Shown here one piece after another: positions 49,402 to 52,564 of a DNA stretch of 52,564 nt. The DNA comes from Eubacterium sp. CAG:786 (GTDB taxonomy: Bacteria; Actinomycetota; Coriobacteriia; Coriobacteriales; Eggerthellaceae), in contig CAVHFC010000005.1 of NCBI GenBank assembly GCA_963635025.1, positions 1 through 52,564 on the forward strand, read 5' to 3'. The notes under the pieces were generated by a model, which did not search any database, was not told where the DNA came from, and saw only the letters and a list, made by a program, of their open reading frames with translations. Both the position numbers and the translations under genes were made by a program. Within the stretch, counting starts at the first letter, position 1. Each line of letters starts with the position of its first letter.

Positions 49402-50265
49402 ATGGCGAAGATCACCTCGAAGGCGGCCCTTCGCCAGCGCCGCTTGACCGTGAACCGCGGCGTGCGCTGGGCCGTGCAAATCGCGTTCTTCATCGCGTTT
49501 CCCGCAGTGTTCAGCGCTGCGTTCAACGGCGTGAAGTACCTGTTCACGCAAATGGGAGGGCGGCAGCCGGTGGAGTTCGGCGCGTTTTTGGCGCTGCTTT
49601 GCGCCATGCTCGCGGCCACCGCGGTGCTCGGACGCTTCTTCTGCGGCTACGCCTGTGCGTTCGGAACGCTTGGGGATGCGCTGTTCGCCCTGTTCACGCC
49701 CGTGCGCAAGAAGATCAAGCCGAAAGGATCGCTGCTGAACCCGAAGGTGCAGCGCGGCTTGCAGGCTCTGAAATACGTGGTGCTGGTGGCCATCTGCCTG
49801 CTGTGCTTCACGGGTGCCTGGTCGCAGGTTTCCGGCTATAGCCCCTGGACGGCTTTTGCGGGAATCACCGGCGGAAACGTCGAGGGAATCGCTGTCGGCG
49901 CTTTTGTCGTGCTGGGTTGCGTCGCAGTGGGCATGCTGTTCGTCGAGCGGTTCTTCTGCCAGTTCCTCTGCCCGCTCGGCGCGCTGTTCAGCTTGATACC
50001 GGTGCTCCCCTTTTCCGCATTTCGACGCGATACGCAGCATTGCGCGCGCAGCTGCAACCTGTGCAAGCGCAACTGCCCGGTGTCGGTCCACCCCGACCCC
50101 GACGCCTTCGCCGCGGGAGAGTGCATCGCGTGTTCTCGCTGCGCCGACGGCTGCCCGCTGGACAACGTGACGTTGCTGCGCACCCCGAAGGTGCGCGGAA
50201 GCGAGATCGCCTTGGTGCTGGTGAAGGCCGCGGCGCTGTTCGCGCTGTGTTGGTGGCTTATGTAG
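49402..50265 (+). CDS. NapH/MauN-like membrane 4Fe-4S protein
   Basis: TMs; RFFCGYACAFG, RFFCQFLCPLG; two ferredoxin motifs CARSCNLCKRNCP and CIACSRCADGCP. Confidence 0.88.
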   Translation: MAKITSKAALRQRRLTVNRGVRWAVQIAFFIAFPAVFSAAFNGVKYLFTQMGGRQPVEFGAFLALLCAMLAATAVLGRFFCGYACAFGTLGDALFALFTPVRKKIKPKGSLLNPKVQRGLQALKYVVLVAICLLCFTGAWSQVSGYSPWTAFAGITGGNVEGIAVGAFVVLGCVAVGMLFVERFFCQFLCPLGALFSLIPVLPFSAFRRDTQHCARSCNLCKRNCPVSVHPDPDAFAAGECIACSRCADGCPLDNVTLLRTPKVRGSEIALVLVKAAALFALCWWLM

Positions 50266-50322
50266 AATGATGGCGCGGCGAACGTGCGCCCGCGCCCGCC
50301 GATAGGAAGGTTGGCTTGCCCT

Positions 50323-51399
50323 ATGAGAGAATCTCTGTCCCGCCGAAGGTTTTTGTCGCTGTCGCTGTGCTCGATGGCGGCGCTCGCCGCGCCTGCGTGG
50401 CTTGCGGGTTGCGCGGGGTCGAGCTCGAACTCGAACGGCGCGACGGAATCTTCAAGCGCCTCGTCAAGCGCGGCATCCCAGCAGGAGGTGCGCTCGATCA
50501 CGCTGTTCAACTTCGATACGGTCATCCAGATCAGCGCGCGCACGTCGGACGAGGTCATGCAGCAGCTTTCCGATCGCTGCGAGTATTTCGAGAACAAGTT
50601 CTCCCGCACCATCGAGGGTACCGACATTTGGAATATCAACCACGCCGCCGGCTCCCCGGTGGAGGTCGCGCCCGAAACCTCGCAATGCATTTCCGCTGCG
50701 CTTGAGTATTCGAAAGCATCCGATGGCCTGTTCGACATCACCATCGGCGCGGTGTCGAGCTTGTGGGACTTCGTGACCGGCGTGAAGCCCGACGACGCGG
50801 CCATCCAGGAAGCGGTCAAGCATGTTGACTATCGCTGCGTGCAGGTGGATGGCAACACGGTGACGCTGAGCGATCCTGCGGCGATGCTCGATTTGGGCGG
50901 CATCGCGAAGGGCTTCATCACCGACGACTTGGTGAGCATTCTGCGCGATGCGGGCTGCGAAAGCGCCATGCTTTCCTTGGGCGGCAACGTCTACGTGCTG
51001 GGCGAAAGCTTCCGCGGGGATAACTGGAACGTGGGCGTGCAGGATCCCAACGGAGCCACCGACGACGTGATCGCGAGCGTTCCGGCGCAGAACAAGTCCG
51101 TGGTCACGAGTGGCCTCTATGAGCGCAGCTTCACGCAGGACGGCGTCCTGTACTACCATATCTTGGACCCGAAAACGGGCTACCCTGCGCAAACCGATCT
51201 GGCGAGCGCGTCGATCATGTCGGAGGCGTCGACCGACGGCGATGCCTATTCCACTATCCTGTTCCTGCTTGGACACGACCGGGCCATCGAGCTTTTGAAT
51301 TCCGATGCGCGCTTCAGCGGCGTGGTGGTGGACATGAACGACACGGCGACTGCTTCGGCGGGGTCGGATTTCACGATTTTGGATAAGGAGCGCTCATGA
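50323..51399 (+). CDS. apbE: FAD:protein FMN transferase ApbE/FmnB (twin-Arg lipoprotein)
   Basis: SRRRFL...LAGC; FDITIG, DLGGIAKG, GGN, TSGLYER, HILDPKTG, DAYST. Confidence 0.95.
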   Translation: MRESLSRRRFLSLSLCSMAALAAPAWLAGCAGSSSNSNGATESSSASSSAASQQEVRSITLFNFDTVIQISARTSDEVMQQLSDRCEYFENKFSRTIEGTDIWNINHAAGSPVEVAPETSQCISAALEYSKASDGLFDITIGAVSSLWDFVTGVKPDDAAIQEAVKHVDYRCVQVDGNTVTLSDPAAMLDLGGIAKGFITDDLVSILRDAGCESAMLSLGGNVYVLGESFRGDNWNVGVQDPNGATDDVIASVPAQNKSVVTSGLYERSFTQDGVLYYHILDPKTGYPAQTDLASASIMSEASTDGDAYSTILFLLGHDRAIELLNSDARFSGVVVDMNDTATASAGSDFTILDKERS

Positions 51400-51806
51400 C
51401 GGCGGCGCAACAGCGGGCATTCGGTCGCATGAAAAAGAACGTCCTGATCATCGGCGTGCTTGTCGCCGTGGTGGTGATATCGTTCGTGGTGATGCAGGTG
51501 GTGGGCGCCACGACGCCGGCGCGCACCGTGGTGGTCACTGACGGCGAGGGCAATACCCACGCCCTTTCCCTGTCGTCGAATGCCGAGCAGACCATCACCA
51601 CGAGCTTGGGCACCAACGTGGTGAAGGTCTCTGGCGGCAAGGTGTGCGTCGAGGAGGCGGATTGCCCCAATCAGGACTGCGTGAACCAGGGGTGGATATC
51701 CGAGGTTGGGCAGCAGATTGTGTGCCTGCCGCATAAGCTTATCGTCGAGATAACCGACGGCGACGGATCGAACGCGAGCAAACGCTACGACGTCGTGGGT
51801 TCGTAG
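51396..51806 (+). CDS. NusG domain II-containing protein (EetA-like)
   Basis: TM + GTNVVKV...EADCPNQDCV..GWI...IVCLPHKL. Confidence 0.88.
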   Translation: MTAAQQRAFGRMKKNVLIIGVLVAVVVISFVVMQVVGATTPARTVVVTDGEGNTHALSLSSNAEQTITTSLGTNVVKVSGGKVCVEEADCPNQDCVNQGWISEVGQQIVCLPHKLIVEITDGDGSNASKRYDVVGS

Positions 51807-51821
51807 GGACCGTCGCGTCGC

Positions 51822-52564
51822 ATGCCCGAGCAGTCTCGCATAGCCTCCACCCGGCGTTTGGCGCGCGTCTCTTTGCTTGCCGCGCTGGCTTTGGTGCTCA
51901 GCTATATCGAAACCATGATCCCGCTTCCCGTGGCGCTGCCCGGCGTGAAGCTGGGACTTTCCAACGTTGCCGTGGTGGTGGCGCTGCTTTCGCTCGACAT
52001 GCGCGCGGGCGTATCGGTTGCCTTGGTGAAGGTGGTGGCCTCGGGATTTCTGTTCGGCTCCCCCATGATGTTTGCGTACAGCTTAGGCGGCACGGTGCTG
52101 GCGTTTTCGGGCGCGGCGGCGCTGTCGCGCGTTCCGGACATGGGGGCGGTTGCCGTGAGCATGGTTGCCGCCGTGTTGCACAACGCCGGTCAGCTGGCGG
52201 TGGCGGCGCTGATGCTCGGCACGGCTTCGGTGTTCGTGAACCTGCCGCCGCTGGCCTTGGCGGCGTGCGTGACCGGCGCTGTGACCGGCGCGGTGGCGGC
52301 CGGTGTGCTGGCGGCGCAGCCGAGGGAGGGAACGTTTCACGTGAAACGTTCTGATGGGCGCGGTGTTGTGCCTGATGGGAAGCACTTCTTGAGGAGAGAT
52401 TCCAGAAGTTCGGCCTCATCTGAGTTGTTTTCCCGCCCTGCCGCATCCGGTGGGTTCGGCGTCTACGCTCCCGGGTGCTCCTTCGCTCATCGTCTTGATC
52501 CTCGCGCGAAAATCGCGTTCGTCATCCTGTTCTTCGTTGCGGCGTTCTGTGCGCAGGGGCTGGC
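51822..52564 (+). CDS. Gx transporter/EetB-like ECF S-component fused in frame to an EcfT (FmnA-like) domain; truncated by window end
   Basis: Manual translation (absent from the ORF track): MPEQSR...LSYIETMIPLP..PGVKLGLSN...HNAGQL...linker...GVYAPGCSFAHRLDPRAKI; no stop up to 52564. Confidence 0.85.
   Translation, partial: MPEQSRIASTRRLARVSLLAALALVLSYIETMIPLPVALPGVKLGLSNVAVVVALLSLDMRAGVSVALVKVVASGFLFGSPMMFAYSLGGTVLAFSGAAALSRVPDMGAVAVSMVAAVLHNAGQLAVAALMLGTASVFVNLPPLALAACVTGAVTGAVAAGVLAAQPREGTFHVKRSDGRGVVPDGKHFLRRDSRSSASSELFSRPAASGGFGVYAPGCSFAHRLDPRAKIAFVILFFVAAFCAQGL
52333..52348. promoter_or_regulatory. parS: parS site (CGTTTCACGTGAAACG) in the linker of the fusion CDS
   Basis: 22-bp palindrome GAACGTTTCACGTGAAACGTTC at 52330-52351. 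Confidence 0.8.

Overview
Chromosomal replication-origin region of a high-GC Gram-positive bacterium. Gene content and order suggest Coriobacteriia, probably Eggerthellaceae (inference). The core is the actinobacterial origin cluster: gyrA-gyrB-dciA-recF-dnaN-dnaA on the minus strand, and rpmH-rnpA-yidD-yidC-jag-rsmG-parA-parB on the plus strand. It carries three DnaA-box clusters, a DnaA-trio unwinding element upstream of dnaN, and eight parS sites across the window. Six tRNAs are present (all four Ser isoacceptors, Ile, Ala). Housekeeping genes include typA, prsA, rlmN, ddl, dinG, gltA, tadA, ispE, aroK and rlmH, plus a glycine riboswitch with its AGCS transporter. Five observations stand out. 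(1) A flavinylation-based extracytoplasmic electron-transfer locus after rlmH (44.6-52.6 kb): an SLH-anchored FMN/Tp47-like protein, 3x and 1x FMN-binding proteins, a NapH-like membrane Fe-S protein, ApbE, an EetA-like protein and an in-frame EetB-EcfT fusion that runs off the window. (2) A GHKL-ATPase/Q-rich linker/winged-helix gene inside the rpmH-dnaA DnaA-box region. (3) A membrane M28 pseudo-peptidase split by a roughly 750-aa acidic disordered insert. (4) parS sites that double as terminator-like hairpins, promoter spacers or coding sequence. (5) A HIRAN-like membrane protein divergent from dinG. No CRISPR array, integrase or transposase was seen. All calls come from reading the sequence; no database searches were run.
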